Positions 52,701 to 62,905 of a DNA stretch of 64,000 bases are shown piece after piece (the first letter of the stretch is position 1; the number at the start of each line of letters is the position of its first letter). The notes below the pieces were generated by a model. That model was not told where the DNA came from. It did no database searches and worked only from the letters and a program-made list of their open reading frames with translations. The stretch is from Trypanosoma brucei (Eukaryota). The DNA is taken from NCBI GenBank assembly GCA_000002445.1, contig CP000066.1, positions 640,001 through 704,000 on the forward strand. The letters are read 5' to 3'. The position numbers and the translations under genes were made by a program.

Positions 52701-52772
52701 CGTTGCTGTTTTAGAGGTCGTTTCCAACAACTTTTCCGACAACGCGCAACAAACGTGATTTTGTGGATTCAT
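49701..52772 (-). CDS. 6-phosphofructo-2-kinase / fructose-2,6-bisphosphatase homologue (1023 aa) with an N-terminal extension carrying ankyrin repeats. The kinase domain is intact and the phosphatase domain has lost its catalytic residues.
   Basis: The first codon in the track is TTG and the ATG is at 52772. Ankyrin: [42 protein letters not shown]. PFK-2: [60 protein letters not shown]. FBPase-2 region: [12 protein letters not shown] in place of IYLCRHGESE, and [16 protein letters not shown] in place of VICHQAVMRCLLAYF. Confidence 0.9.
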   Translation of the reverse strand: [1023 protein letters not shown]

Positions 52773-53698
52773 CAACGTTTTCTTTACTTTGCTTTAATAT
52801 TGTTGTTATTACTGCTGTTATTTGTTATCCCCCACTCTTCAGTTCTGCCCTTACAGAGCCCGCTGTCCTTACGCGACTATTGTTTTCGGAACTATGCGGT
52901 ACCTCTTCCTCTCCTCTTTTACTTTCTTTATTTTATTTTTATTTCCTTCGCTCCGCGTATAGGGGAATATTATGGGGCAATAAAAATAACAACTGTTATT
53001 AATAACTAATAACTAACAATAATAATGACTGGTAACTTGATAAGACACGCCGTTCCTTGACCTGCTATTTTTCCAGATTCTTCTCCCCTGGCTTAGCTTA
53101 ACACTTCTTTTCTTTACTTCAGAAGGGCAAAAAAAAAAAAAAGAACGCAGAAGAAATAAGTGGAATAACAATGATGTAAGCAGTGATTAATAGTAATGAG
53201 CGAAAAAAAAAAACCGTGGCACCGCACTAACCTGAAAGTATATTTAATTAACCTCGCCCCAAGTCGCTTCAATCAAACACCACCAACGTGATGAATAGGA
53301 GAAGGGAAAAAACAAATGAAGAGACGAAATGAAAGAAACATGTGCAGGCGCGCAAACATATTAATAACGCACGCGAACACTTATATTTAGGTGTTCATGT
53401 TTTACCTAAATTTTTGCTTATGCTTTCACGATCATTTGTACATATGTTTAAGATGGTAAACGTTGCGCGTGCTCAACTTAACAGCATTTTCTACAAAAAA
53501 ATAATAATAGTAGAAACACCAACAAAGAATGGCGTCACTTTTCTTTTCTTTTTTTTTAAAAAAAGGAAAACGCAGTGTCCCTCCTCCTTTTTTTTCGTGA
53601 GCGTACCTGAAAAAGGCGATTAAAAAAAAACAAAACAAAAATCTCAGTATAGACAATCGACATTAGTACGAAGTTCGCAAAAAAAACCAAAAAAATAA

Positions 53699-53716
53699 TA
53701 TATATATATATATATA
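53699..53716. repeat. (TA)n microsatellite.
   Basis: Direct reading. Confidence 0.9.
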
Positions 53717-53755
53717 CATATGTATGATCTTTTTCTTTAAAAAAAAGATCTAAAT

Positions 53756-55060
53756 TCATGAAAGGAAATAAACCTTCATTTCCTTGGAAGGTCTGAAAAG
53801 GTTACATAGCACCGCGAGTGACATAAGACCAGCTCGGACAGATATTACCGTCAACAAAACAATTCGCAGGCTCGCAGCATCCGCCGCAGCAACTTTTTGT
53901 AATTTCGCAGCATCCCACCCTTCTGTAAGAGCAATTTGCGCCACGGTGAGGGCCGTGCAAGTTATATACAACGGTACAATCGGCTTCAACAATAACATCC
54001 ACGGACTTTTAAGCGATACCTCAACTTCCCACGAAGCGGCAGCAGCAGCGTTAGGCGCAACATCACCTCCATGGGAAATGTCTTTGTGCTGTTGCAAGTG
54101 ACTTTGTGTTTTGACTCCTGCATTTGAATGCCTCACATCACACCGTAAGCCAGGAGCCACTACTGTTGCAGCATTGCTACACGTATCAACATGTGAAGTG
54201 ACGGGATTGCACGAAATGGGGAAACGCGCACCGTCAATAATACCCTCGCGACGGAACAAATGCTGAGGAAGAGGATTAATACCAGCGGGGCATCTATCAC
54301 TCACTTCCTCAGCGCACTGTTTATTTGCAAACCTCCATGCAAATGGCGTCAAGGAGGCAACTAAAAGTAAAATGAACAAGAACTGAAAAGCAGCACCCTC
54401 ATAACTGTGTGTGATGGCAATGTACAGAAGTAGTGAATCCTCCACCGATTCTTTCTCCCACGCTACAAAAATAATGAGCCACAAGAGTGAAAAGATGGAA
54501 GCGCCTGCGGTTAGCGAACTCATCGTCACCTCCATATGGTTCATGTATAAAAGCAGCACTTTGATTGCGTGGCGGTTTCCTTCCGCGGAATCAACTGGTT
54601 CGGGGAGATGTAAAGGCCGAGCTCCTATACCTGCGCTGTTATGTGTCTTAATTCTACATCCAATACATGACGACTGCGGCTGCGGCATTTCACGCATCAC
54701 ATCAGAGACAACGTCATCCCCCGTCAACTCTCCGCATTTGTTTTGCTCAACGACAGGCACGAACACATTGGGGCGCGATTCCAAAACAACGTGTTTCCGC
54801 TGCGGTGGGATCCCCCGCTGCAAATCACAATTACAGCCCTCACGAACAGCCTCTGGACTCTCCGGTTCAGCGAAGAGATTTATGCCAACGAACCCATCGT
54901 CAAACTCATCAACGTCTTGCACGTTCCCTGTAGAAATTCCACCATGTGTTGTGTTGTGAAGTCCCCGCTGGTGTCGCCTGCATGACGCGCGTGGTGTGTT
55001 GGCATGAGATGAAGGACAAGTTCCAAATGGGTCAACATATGAAGGAACTGACTTTTGCAT
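53756..55060 (-). CDS. Hypothetical multi-pass membrane protein (434 aa from the first ATG).
   Basis: The track start at 55168 is TTG and the first ATG is at 55060. Hydrophobic segments include GASIFSLLWLIIFVAW, FQFLFILLLVASLTPFAW, LLLKPIVPLYITCTALTVAQIAL and IVLLTVISVRAGLMSLAVLCNLF. Confidence 0.65.
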   Translation of the reverse strand: MQKSVPSYVDPFGTCPSSHANTPRASCRRHQRGLHNTTHGGISTGNVQDVDEFDDGFVGINLFAEPESPEAVREGCNCDLQRGIPPQRKHVVLESRPNVFVPVVEQNKCGELTGDDVVSDVMREMPQPQSSCIGCRIKTHNSAGIGARPLHLPEPVDSAEGNRHAIKVLLLYMNHMEVTMSSLTAGASIFSLLWLIIFVAWEKESVEDSLLLYIAITHSYEGAAFQFLFILLLVASLTPFAWRFANKQCAEEVSDRCPAGINPLPQHLFRREGIIDGARFPISCNPVTSHVDTCSNAATVVAPGLRCDVRHSNAGVKTQSHLQQHKDISHGGDVAPNAAAAASWEVEVSLKSPWMLLLKPIVPLYITCTALTVAQIALTEGWDAAKLQKVAAADAASLRIVLLTVISVRAGLMSLAVLCNLFRPSKEMKVYFLS

Positions 55061-55722
55061 TGAGATTGCTCTTATCGTCACCAGTAATCCCTTTTGCCTT
55101 TGATTTTTTTTTAAAATGGAGCTTCTTCTCACAAATGTAATGACTTCCACCTCACCAAACTCACACAACGACGGTCTAGAAGACGAAGGGGGGAAATGAC
55201 GTTATAATGTGGGAAAAGATGTCTGTTTTCTTCGCGTTTTAATTTTATTTGGGGACCTTTGTATAAATTGCCTTAACAAACATTCATGAACACTAAATAA
55301 CCCCTGCAACACAAATTCTCAGTTGAAGAAGAGAAGATACGGAGGAAAAGAATAATACGAAAAACAAAAACTGATAAATTAAGTCAGTTCGGAACACATG
55401 CAAAGAAGATGTGAAAGCTTCTACTTGTACAACTAACAAAAGCAATTTCGTTATACAATGAAAAAACACAGCGGCAGGTGGAAAAAAAACATTCTTCTAG
55501 AGAAAAAGCAACAAGTCTATGCCCGATAGATCCTCTTCCTCCTACCCCCTTCGGTACTTAGAAGGCAGAAGAAGCAGAGGGAGATCGTACCCACAAGCGG
55601 GAAATGATCGTTGTATGGTAGAGAAGGAACCGGATTCCAACTCTGCTGCTCACTTATGATACGCAAACTGCTTAGCATTACACACACACGCACACACCCT
55701 TATCAACTCGCATGAATCTCCG

Positions 55723-58700
55723 TTACTTCCGCTTTGCCGGCCGCTTTCGCAGATCCTCTGGCACGTAATCACGCCTATGATCCAAAGGCTGTTCGTAGTT
55801 GAGATGCCGCCTTAGCGTTTCATGTAGATGTGTGGCTGGAGCCGTATCCTCCAAATGTTCAGATCCGCTTCCACTTGATGTTAATTTGGTGGTCTTCGCG
55901 GTGTTGGCGGATGTAGAGGTACTTTCCGTCTTTGTTGTTGATGTTCCCGCAGGTGACGATGGCTTCGGCATGTGATGGCGGTGCTGCTTACTCACGGGTT
56001 CCTGTTCAAGGTGAAAAGAGGAAGAGTACCGAGTTGTCTCGGTCGTCTTCGAAGACGAGCCTTCAGCATTGTGGAAATGCCGGTACACGTCACAGCAACC
56101 TTCTCCAAGCAGAGAAACAATGGGCCGGGCAGCGGCCGCAACATTGGCCGTTGGCACCGTACCACGGCGTCTAGTGAACTGTGGGGTTCCGCCCTCAGTG
56201 AGGCTGCTAGTGTGAGCTGAAGAGAGCCACGAAGAGGAATCAGCGGCATCTATTTCCATTAGCAGTCTCCTTCGAACATCCCGCTCCACTGGTTCAGTGG
56301 AATCCTCGTCATCGTCATCTGTCGTTGCTGTTGCCCTCCCGTCAGTCACAGCAATTCCGACACGTTGTTTGGGATACGTTGGTTGTCTCCCTTCAGCCGC
56401 CATACTCGCTTCCCGCAGCTTTTCCCCAAACGTCTTCTCCGTCTTTCGAGGGTCAAACTCACGCATCCACTCGAATATGAATTTTGTAATGGGGTCACGA
56501 ATTCCAGTTGAAGGTGCAGCTTTCGCCGGATCATCTCCCGCGGAGGCATAAGAAACATCAGCTGGAGCAGCAGGAAGAGAGTGGCTTCGCTCCACCCTTG
56601 TGTGCCTAACCACCTCAGACATCACAGGAGACTGCCTCTGAGCCGCCAACCTCTCATTCAGCATGCTTTCCAAAATATGTTGCTGTTGTTTCTTCTCCCT
56701 CTCCACACGGACGATGTGCTCGTGCTCCCAATCCCACATCATCACAAATGAATACCGCATCATCTCTTCTTGCTCACACACCAACTGCCGGCGATGGTAC
56801 TCGCCCTCCTCACACAAACGACGTGCCTCAGCGAGCTGCTCCTCATGGATGGCCCTGTGGACAAGTTGAGGCTCTCCGGATACTGGGAGATGTGGAGGGA
56901 CGGATGAAATGGGGAGTAGAAGTGGCAGGGGCGGAACCGTTTCTTCCGGAACATTCGGCGCCGGTATCTCTTGTCGCAGCGGTGGGACATCTAAAACCGC
57001 GACTTGCGTAACAGTGCCACCGAGTCCACTAGACTGCAAATCAGGAAGTTCAAGCCGTGGTAAAGTCTCCTCAGTTGAGCATGGTAGCCGCGGGTCTTCA
57101 GTCATGGGACCCGGACCCTCTGTCATTTGGCGCCACTGCTGCATCCCTTCGTGTAACTGCTCTGCTGCTTGCGGCAGCAGCCGCGCAGTGGTTAGAAGTT
57201 GAGTTACCGGTGCCACATCGAGGACGATTCTGATCGTGTTACCCCCAACCGCCCCATCAGAGATGACCGCGGGATCCCCGATAGCACCTTCCACTGCCAC
57301 AGCAACATTGGAAAGCGTCGCGGCTGATGGGGTTACAAAATCGCCACCGGTAACTCCGCCTACGTCTTGTTGTTGTTTCAGCTGCGGCTGCAAATGAGCA
57401 CTAGTAGTCTCTATCTCTGCTGACGGTGACCGAAGTGGATCATCACCCGCTCGGATGATTTCATGAACCCACTGCGGGCTTTCCTGTGTCATTACGCCTT
57501 CCAACTGAGCATGCGCTGAATGAAGCGAAGGAGATCCCACACTGGGTGTTGCTTCTGCCTTTCCTTCTTGGGCGCTTTCATCATTCCTGATGCCACATTC
57601 CTCTTCAACAGAGTCTTTTTCGGCACCTTCCACCGCATCCGCGATGACCCTTACCAACTCCTCTTGAATGTGGTGCAGTAGTGTTTCCTCCCGGCTCACA
57701 CTTTCAAATGCAGGAGCACCGAAAGAACCGTAACGGTTCCTTAAACCTTTCACAGTTTCTGCCATTTGTAGTTGTGTTATGTCACCTGGTTCTTCGTCAG
57801 AGGCAGCCCTATCATTCTCCAGAATTCTATGGATTTCAGCTCTCACAATGTCACTTTCGAGAAGCTGCATCAGTTCGCCAAATAGGTCTCCCTCAACTCC
57901 TTCTTCAATGACACAGCGAATCACGTCGCTAGAAATGAGTTCACATAGCCGCCGCTCAAACCTCTCCCCCACGCCTTCTTCGAAGGAAGTGGACGGTTCA
58001 CCGAATTTCCGTTTGTTGCCACCAATCGAGAGCTCCTTAATACGCTCTAAACGACGCCTTGCCTCCAGCAGCGACTGCGCCTCAACAGCGCGCAGCTCAG
58101 CTCGACGGCGCGGAGTTAACTCATCGCGCTCAACACCGTAGAAGTAGGCATCACACGGCCGCTCAAGTCCTCCTTCAACATTGTTTGTAGGAGGTGGTAC
58201 GTGAAGATTAACATCAAAGGCATTTTGGACCATCCGCTTCCGGGCCAACTCGTCTGGGGTGAGATTGTCGCCGAGCAAAACAACGCTGCGCATAAACATC
58301 GCTTCCGCCTCACGCCGACCACAGCCACGGCTGTCACCAATGGCGGCAGCAGCTGCGGCGTCCTCAAACGTACGTGTTAAACCACCCTCGAGCCTAACAG
58401 TATCCGGTAGGTCGTCTCGGAATGAAGGAAAAGATGAAGCGAGGGCAATTTCTTCGGTATTCTCAAATCCACGGGCTCTATTAATCTGTGCGTTCTTGAC
58501 ATCAAACGCATAAGAAGGCACAACAGATCCGATATTCTCTTGAGTGGCACTTAGGGAAGGCTGTGAACCGTTACCTCGTGGGGATGCAGCGCTGTTCCTC
58601 TTGGACTGCGACGCAGAAGTGGCACGGCCCTTTGCCGTTCCACCCGATGATAGCCCACTTCCACGCTTAACGGCTACACCTCTCATTTTCGCTGAGGCCG

Positions 58701-60807
58701 GCAACGACCCGCTTGCCCTTCGGTCTTTAGAGACGGAGCCACGCTTCCCAGATTCAGGGTCACAAAAATCCTTCGCGGCCTCCCCTCCTTCATCATCAGA
58801 AAGAACCACAACCTCTTCCGTTCGTGCCTTCCCGCCAGCTTGAGGTGAGGGGCTGGGAGAAGTTGTGGTGGCCCCTTCACCTTCCCCTGGAAGGAGCACA
58901 ACCTTGAAGGGCCCCTTCGTTGTTGACTGGGCCCCCTCACCCCCGCTGGGCTCAGCAGAAGTCCCCGGTTTGTTTCTAGCGACGCTCTTTTCGGGTGGCT
59001 GCCTTCTTCCCACCTTTCGCGCAGGCAAGCCACCGCGCCGGGCCTTTGATGGCTGATTACGACCTTGGAAAGGTGAAACTTTGCTCACAGGGGTCCGCGT
59101 GCCCGTTTCGCACAGCACCTTGGACACCATTTGCTGCATCGCGCGCTGTTGCTGTAACTGCGATGCATGCTGCATTCGTTGTTGACGCACTTCCTGAGCC
59201 GCAATGATACGCTTAGTCTCTTCAGCGTTCACCCGCTGTTGGTTCATCGTGAAATTGTGCATAGCCTCCGCCGCGGCCTTCTTCTCCCTTTCAAAGGCAT
59301 CCTTCTGATTCTGCACGAGTTCCGTCCACGCCCGACGCTCGTCACGCAAAATACGTTCGTATTGTTGGTGAACCCGCTGCAGCTCCTCCTTTATTACGTG
59401 AGGGGGAGGGATGGGTCGCGGGGGGGGAATCGGGGGCTCAGGCTGATTAGACATAATTGTGATAACGGGCGGAATCGATCGTTGCGGGCTTCGACGTAGT
59501 TGCTGGTGTTGCTGCTGCTCCGTTCGCTGAACCATTCCTGTGGTATGATGCAGCTCTGGTACTTGCATGGCTTCTGGAACGTACAAATTGAACAGTGGAT
59601 CGGGACGCGGTGCCATAAGACGCCTCCGCGCCGCCTCCTGTTGCTCCTTTGAGTGTCTTCGAAGGCTTTCCTCCTGCGCTGCGGATAGTCGCTCGAGCAG
59701 TCGGCGCTGGTCCTGAAGCTCCTCTATCAGTTCCCTGGGTATCGTTGGTAAGGATCCAGCTACAAGCCTCGCCAACTCCTCTACTGACGGCGGCTTCGCC
59801 TTCGCGGCACGAGGCGGCGGTGACACAACCGGTGGCGCGGCCTCCCCTCGCACCGCGCTGCCCTTTTTCCCAGTAAAAACGGGTATCTCATTTTTAGGAC
59901 AGTGAATCCGCTGGGCCTCCTGACAGCGATGGATGCACGCCACAACGTCTGGACGATCTGACTGTACACTATAATCAAGAAGCCGCATCGCCTCTTTCAC
60001 ACTTTCAGAGTCGGGAAAGATGTCCCGAAGGTTGTCACTAGATGTGCCTCGTTGCTGCGCTTCCAGCAGCAATACGTCGTTGCCCCGTGCAGCCGCAGAA
60101 CCGTGAAGTATCGGCGCCACATAACGGTCCGGATCAAAGTCGGATTCTCCAGCTGAAGACGAGGAGTCCTCAACGCCAGAGCCTGCTTCATGGATGCCTA
60201 TGATGCTGTGAGCCTTGCGCACACGACGGCCCTGCCTGTTTTTGATTCTCTCCATACGAAGTTTCAGCCTTCCGAGATCGTCAAGGATAGCCTCCGGGGA
60301 ATCGTGATCGGGCGCGTTGCCCAAAGGAGGTGACAAGAGACGAGATGGCGTGAGCACTTCCTTTTCAGTAAGCAACGCCTCATCATCTCCCCGCAGCTTT
60401 TCCTCACGCGCGACCTCCCGCCAAATATCATTTATTCGATAGGTATCTGGATGTATCGTTTGACCCTTCAGCTCTTCCCGTGTGCGGTGAAGAGAATCCT
60501 TCCAATGAGACTGGAACTCACGTTCGGCCGTCTCGTCGTCCACATCGTCGTGGTCATGGCCTGCTGTGAAACTGCCATCGCCATCAGAGAAGACAAGACC
60601 GGCATCAGACTGCAAATGCCCATCTGCATCAGCCATCATTTCGAAGCTGTGAAACTCTTGCAGCACCTCACGCCTTGAGGCAGCTGCCGTCTCGGACACC
60701 GCGCCACGGACGAGACTGGGAACAGTAGTGGCAACACTCGTGGAGGGCCTCATGCGCTTGTAAAGGAGTGTGGGTTTTTCGGTTCGTATGGGAATTGTGA
60801 GAGACAT
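55723..60807 (-). CDS. Large (1694 aa) hypothetical protein, charged and low-complexity, with Gln/Arg-rich coiled-coil-like stretches and a Pro-rich patch (PPIPPPRPIPPP).
   Basis: True ATG at 60807. A 5-kb uninterrupted ORF on the cluster strand. Confidence 0.8.
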   Translation of the reverse strand: MSLTIPIRTEKPTLLYKRMRPSTSVATTVPSLVRGAVSETAAASRREVLQEFHSFEMMADADGHLQSDAGLVFSDGDGSFTAGHDHDDVDDETAEREFQSHWKDSLHRTREELKGQTIHPDTYRINDIWREVAREEKLRGDDEALLTEKEVLTPSRLLSPPLGNAPDHDSPEAILDDLGRLKLRMERIKNRQGRRVRKAHSIIGIHEAGSGVEDSSSSAGESDFDPDRYVAPILHGSAAARGNDVLLLEAQQRGTSSDNLRDIFPDSESVKEAMRLLDYSVQSDRPDVVACIHRCQEAQRIHCPKNEIPVFTGKKGSAVRGEAAPPVVSPPPRAAKAKPPSVEELARLVAGSLPTIPRELIEELQDQRRLLERLSAAQEESLRRHSKEQQEAARRRLMAPRPDPLFNLYVPEAMQVPELHHTTGMVQRTEQQQHQQLRRSPQRSIPPVITIMSNQPEPPIPPPRPIPPPHVIKEELQRVHQQYERILRDERRAWTELVQNQKDAFEREKKAAAEAMHNFTMNQQRVNAEETKRIIAAQEVRQQRMQHASQLQQQRAMQQMVSKVLCETGTRTPVSKVSPFQGRNQPSKARRGGLPARKVGRRQPPEKSVARNKPGTSAEPSGGEGAQSTTKGPFKVVLLPGEGEGATTTSPSPSPQAGGKARTEEVVVLSDDEGGEAAKDFCDPESGKRGSVSKDRRASGSLPASAKMRGVAVKRGSGLSSGGTAKGRATSASQSKRNSAASPRGNGSQPSLSATQENIGSVVPSYAFDVKNAQINRARGFENTEEIALASSFPSFRDDLPDTVRLEGGLTRTFEDAAAAAAIGDSRGCGRREAEAMFMRSVVLLGDNLTPDELARKRMVQNAFDVNLHVPPPTNNVEGGLERPCDAYFYGVERDELTPRRRAELRAVEAQSLLEARRRLERIKELSIGGNKRKFGEPSTSFEEGVGERFERRLCELISSDVIRCVIEEGVEGDLFGELMQLLESDIVRAEIHRILENDRAASDEEPGDITQLQMAETVKGLRNRYGSFGAPAFESVSREETLLHHIQEELVRVIADAVEGAEKDSVEEECGIRNDESAQEGKAEATPSVGSPSLHSAHAQLEGVMTQESPQWVHEIIRAGDDPLRSPSAEIETTSAHLQPQLKQQQDVGGVTGGDFVTPSAATLSNVAVAVEGAIGDPAVISDGAVGGNTIRIVLDVAPVTQLLTTARLLPQAAEQLHEGMQQWRQMTEGPGPMTEDPRLPCSTEETLPRLELPDLQSSGLGGTVTQVAVLDVPPLRQEIPAPNVPEETVPPLPLLLPISSVPPHLPVSGEPQLVHRAIHEEQLAEARRLCEEGEYHRRQLVCEQEEMMRYSFVMMWDWEHEHIVRVEREKKQQQHILESMLNERLAAQRQSPVMSEVVRHTRVERSHSLPAAPADVSYASAGDDPAKAAPSTGIRDPITKFIFEWMREFDPRKTEKTFGEKLREASMAAEGRQPTYPKQRVGIAVTDGRATATTDDDDEDSTEPVERDVRRRLLMEIDAADSSSWLSSAHTSSLTEGGTPQFTRRRGTVPTANVAAAARPIVSLLGEGCCDVYRHFHNAEGSSSKTTETTRYSSSFHLEQEPVSKQHRHHMPKPSSPAGTSTTKTESTSTSANTAKTTKLTSSGSGSEHLEDTAPATHLHETLRRHLNYEQPLDHRRDYVPEDLRKRPAKRK

Positions 60808-61652
60808 TGCAGCAAAAAGTTACGGCAACGTTTCCCGGCAGTAACCTTTCCTTGGTTTACTAGTTGTCACCGCCTTATGTTGATAAACAGGGATTGTTTT
60901 CCCGCCTGGTCCCTTACTGTTCACGCTTGCACGTGGCTTCCGTGGAAACTATATGCCAGTGACGGAGGAATGAGCGGTCCGAACAAATTGCAGAAGCCCG
61001 TTCACACCACTGGGTGCCTTTCCGGCCCCTCTCCTACTCGAAGTTGGCTGATTACAATTTCCTTTCCTCTTTTGTTCATTGTGTTCCAAAACCACATGAC
61101 GCATGCAGATGTGTAAGAATTGACAGATTTGTTGTGGTGTGACAAAAATAAACAAGAAACAGTTATCTGAAAGGAAATTAACGACGTTAGCATATGGTCC
61201 TTGTGAATAAAAATACAAGAAAAAAACTAACAAAGTTATCCTTTTAACGTTAAAAGGGTCAAATCGAAAGCAAGGGCGGGCACACAGCCTGTTTCTTTTT
61301 TATTGTGTGTGGATGCTGCTGGAACCCTTAAACAGAAAAAAAAATAAGCAGAAACAACGAAAAACGCCCCGAGACCCAAATGTGCAGTGGTTCGCTCAAC
61401 CATTATATTCGCCTCAGCAGCTGGAGTTTTCACTACAACGCACTCCTTCGCCCCCTGCTAAGGTAAGTGTTAGATTGAAAAGAATAGAGGTGGAGCACCG
61501 CTCAAATCGTACGGTTTCCATGGCGCTGCGCCACTGGAACGGTGCAGGAGTACCACACAATCTACCTCCAAAAGTGATGAGGGAAGCTACTGCCATCATT
61601 CCGAACGTGACACAGGTGCTTGAGCTCATAGCCCCAGCCACGATCCTCTCCA

Positions 61653-62573
61653 TTAACGATCTAAGAACCATTTTTCCCAGAATGTGCGGGCTGTATCCTC
61701 TACTGCCAGTTCAAAGACTTCAACATGACACTTGTCAGCCTCTTTCTCCAGTGATGTCTCCTTGTGCCGGCGACAAATCGGATCGTTGTATCGCACAATA
61801 AAAGTGAGGTCCTCATTGAACCCAGAAGTGTCAGCTTCACCTGTACTATTTTTGACTCCCACTGTCTCTAGAAGGGGTAGCCGCTCATCTACACGATGTT
61901 CCTCCTCCCTGCATGCCAGCCTGTGCTGCATCCATCGTCCCTGATACACGACAGCTCGGTCAAGATCGAAGTTTCCGTACCGTCGCACCAGGGGATCCAA
62001 CACCACAGAGAAAGATTTGGGCGTCTTAACTATGTCATCCAGCTTGAGACAATGCATGAGGAGCCGATTATCTCCTCGAGGGTCAAAGCGAAACCGACCA
62101 AATGCATCTCGCTCCAGCAACAAACATTCCTTCACAAAAGCCTCCACAGGTGCTTCACATGGGTGAAGTCTTTCACCAGTCACAACGTCTCGAGGAAGGG
62201 CCTCAAACCGCAGCGTCGTATGCTGCAAAAGATGATCCGTACGTACGTCACTCGCAATAAGGGTGCGTAACAGAGCCGCAGCTCCCACCTCTGGGCTACC
62301 GCTTATACTCATCAACTGCACATAGTAACCACAGATGGCATAGAGCTCATACGCGAGAAGTCGTGACAATGGATCATGCCTTATAGCCGCATAGAGATGG
62401 GATTCGGGTTGTTGCCTTCTCCATGCAAGGTCCATGTCCAGCAGCAGCCGATGCGCTTCCATCTCTGCCTCCTCAAAAAGCGCACGAAGATCCCGCTGCG
62501 GTGATTGTCCCTCAAGCATCCGCTGAAACCCTTCAGCCAGCAACATTCGTGGCAGGGCCGGTAGCGGCACCAT
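61653..62573 (-). CDS. Hypothetical protein (306 aa from the first in-frame ATG). The start is uncertain.
   Basis: The track start at 62669 is TTG. The frame stays open back to a stop at 62802-62804 with no ATG, and the first in-frame ATG is at 62573. Confidence 0.6.
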   Translation of the reverse strand: MVPLPALPRMLLAEGFQRMLEGQSPQRDLRALFEEAEMEAHRLLLDMDLAWRRQQPESHLYAAIRHDPLSRLLAYELYAICGYYVQLMSISGSPEVGAAALLRTLIASDVRTDHLLQHTTLRFEALPRDVVTGERLHPCEAPVEAFVKECLLLERDAFGRFRFDPRGDNRLLMHCLKLDDIVKTPKSFSVVLDPLVRRYGNFDLDRAVVYQGRWMQHRLACREEEHRVDERLPLLETVGVKNSTGEADTSGFNEDLTFIVRYNDPICRRHKETSLEKEADKCHVEVFELAVEDTARTFWEKWFLDR

Positions 62574-62856
62574 CTCCAGTGCGCCCAGCACGCGCTGGAT
62601 GAGATGTTCCTGGTGGATGAAGGCGTGCCTGTAGAGAGCGGCGGCTGAACCCGGTCCCTCTACTCGCAACGGAATGACATTCCGAAGGAAACTCCACTCA
62701 ACTCCTTTAGTTGTGGTGGCCGCGTAGGGCCCCGCTGCAGCAACAGCAGCCGCTGTGAAGCGGGATGGCGCTGCCGTTGCGGTGACGGGGAACCAACCCC
62801 TCTACTAACCTATCTAACTAAAGGATAGTGAGTGACTGTGGCACCCGTTTCTTGTT

Positions 62857-62905
62857 GAAATGAGGAGGTGAGAATAGAAAACGACGAACAAAGGGAAAGG
62901 AAACC
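62857..62905 (-). promoter_or_regulatory. Polypyrimidine tract plus AGs: probable trans-splice acceptor region for the 61653.. gene.
   Basis: The coding strand reads ggtttcctttccctttgttcgtcgttttctattctcacctcctcatttc, followed by several AGs (aacaag, cacag, tttag). Confidence 0.45.

Noticed and set aside
22834-55168. Long antisense ORFs inside the big genes, e.g. 27239..27868 (209 aa), 35389..36018 (209 aa), 44389..44976 (195 aa) and 54411..54959 (182 aa).
   Set aside because: All lie on the plus strand, fully nested in much longer minus-strand CDS that carry recognisable domains. Their translations are Ser/Pro/Leu-rich with no motifs, which is typical of antisense frames of GC-balanced coding sequence.
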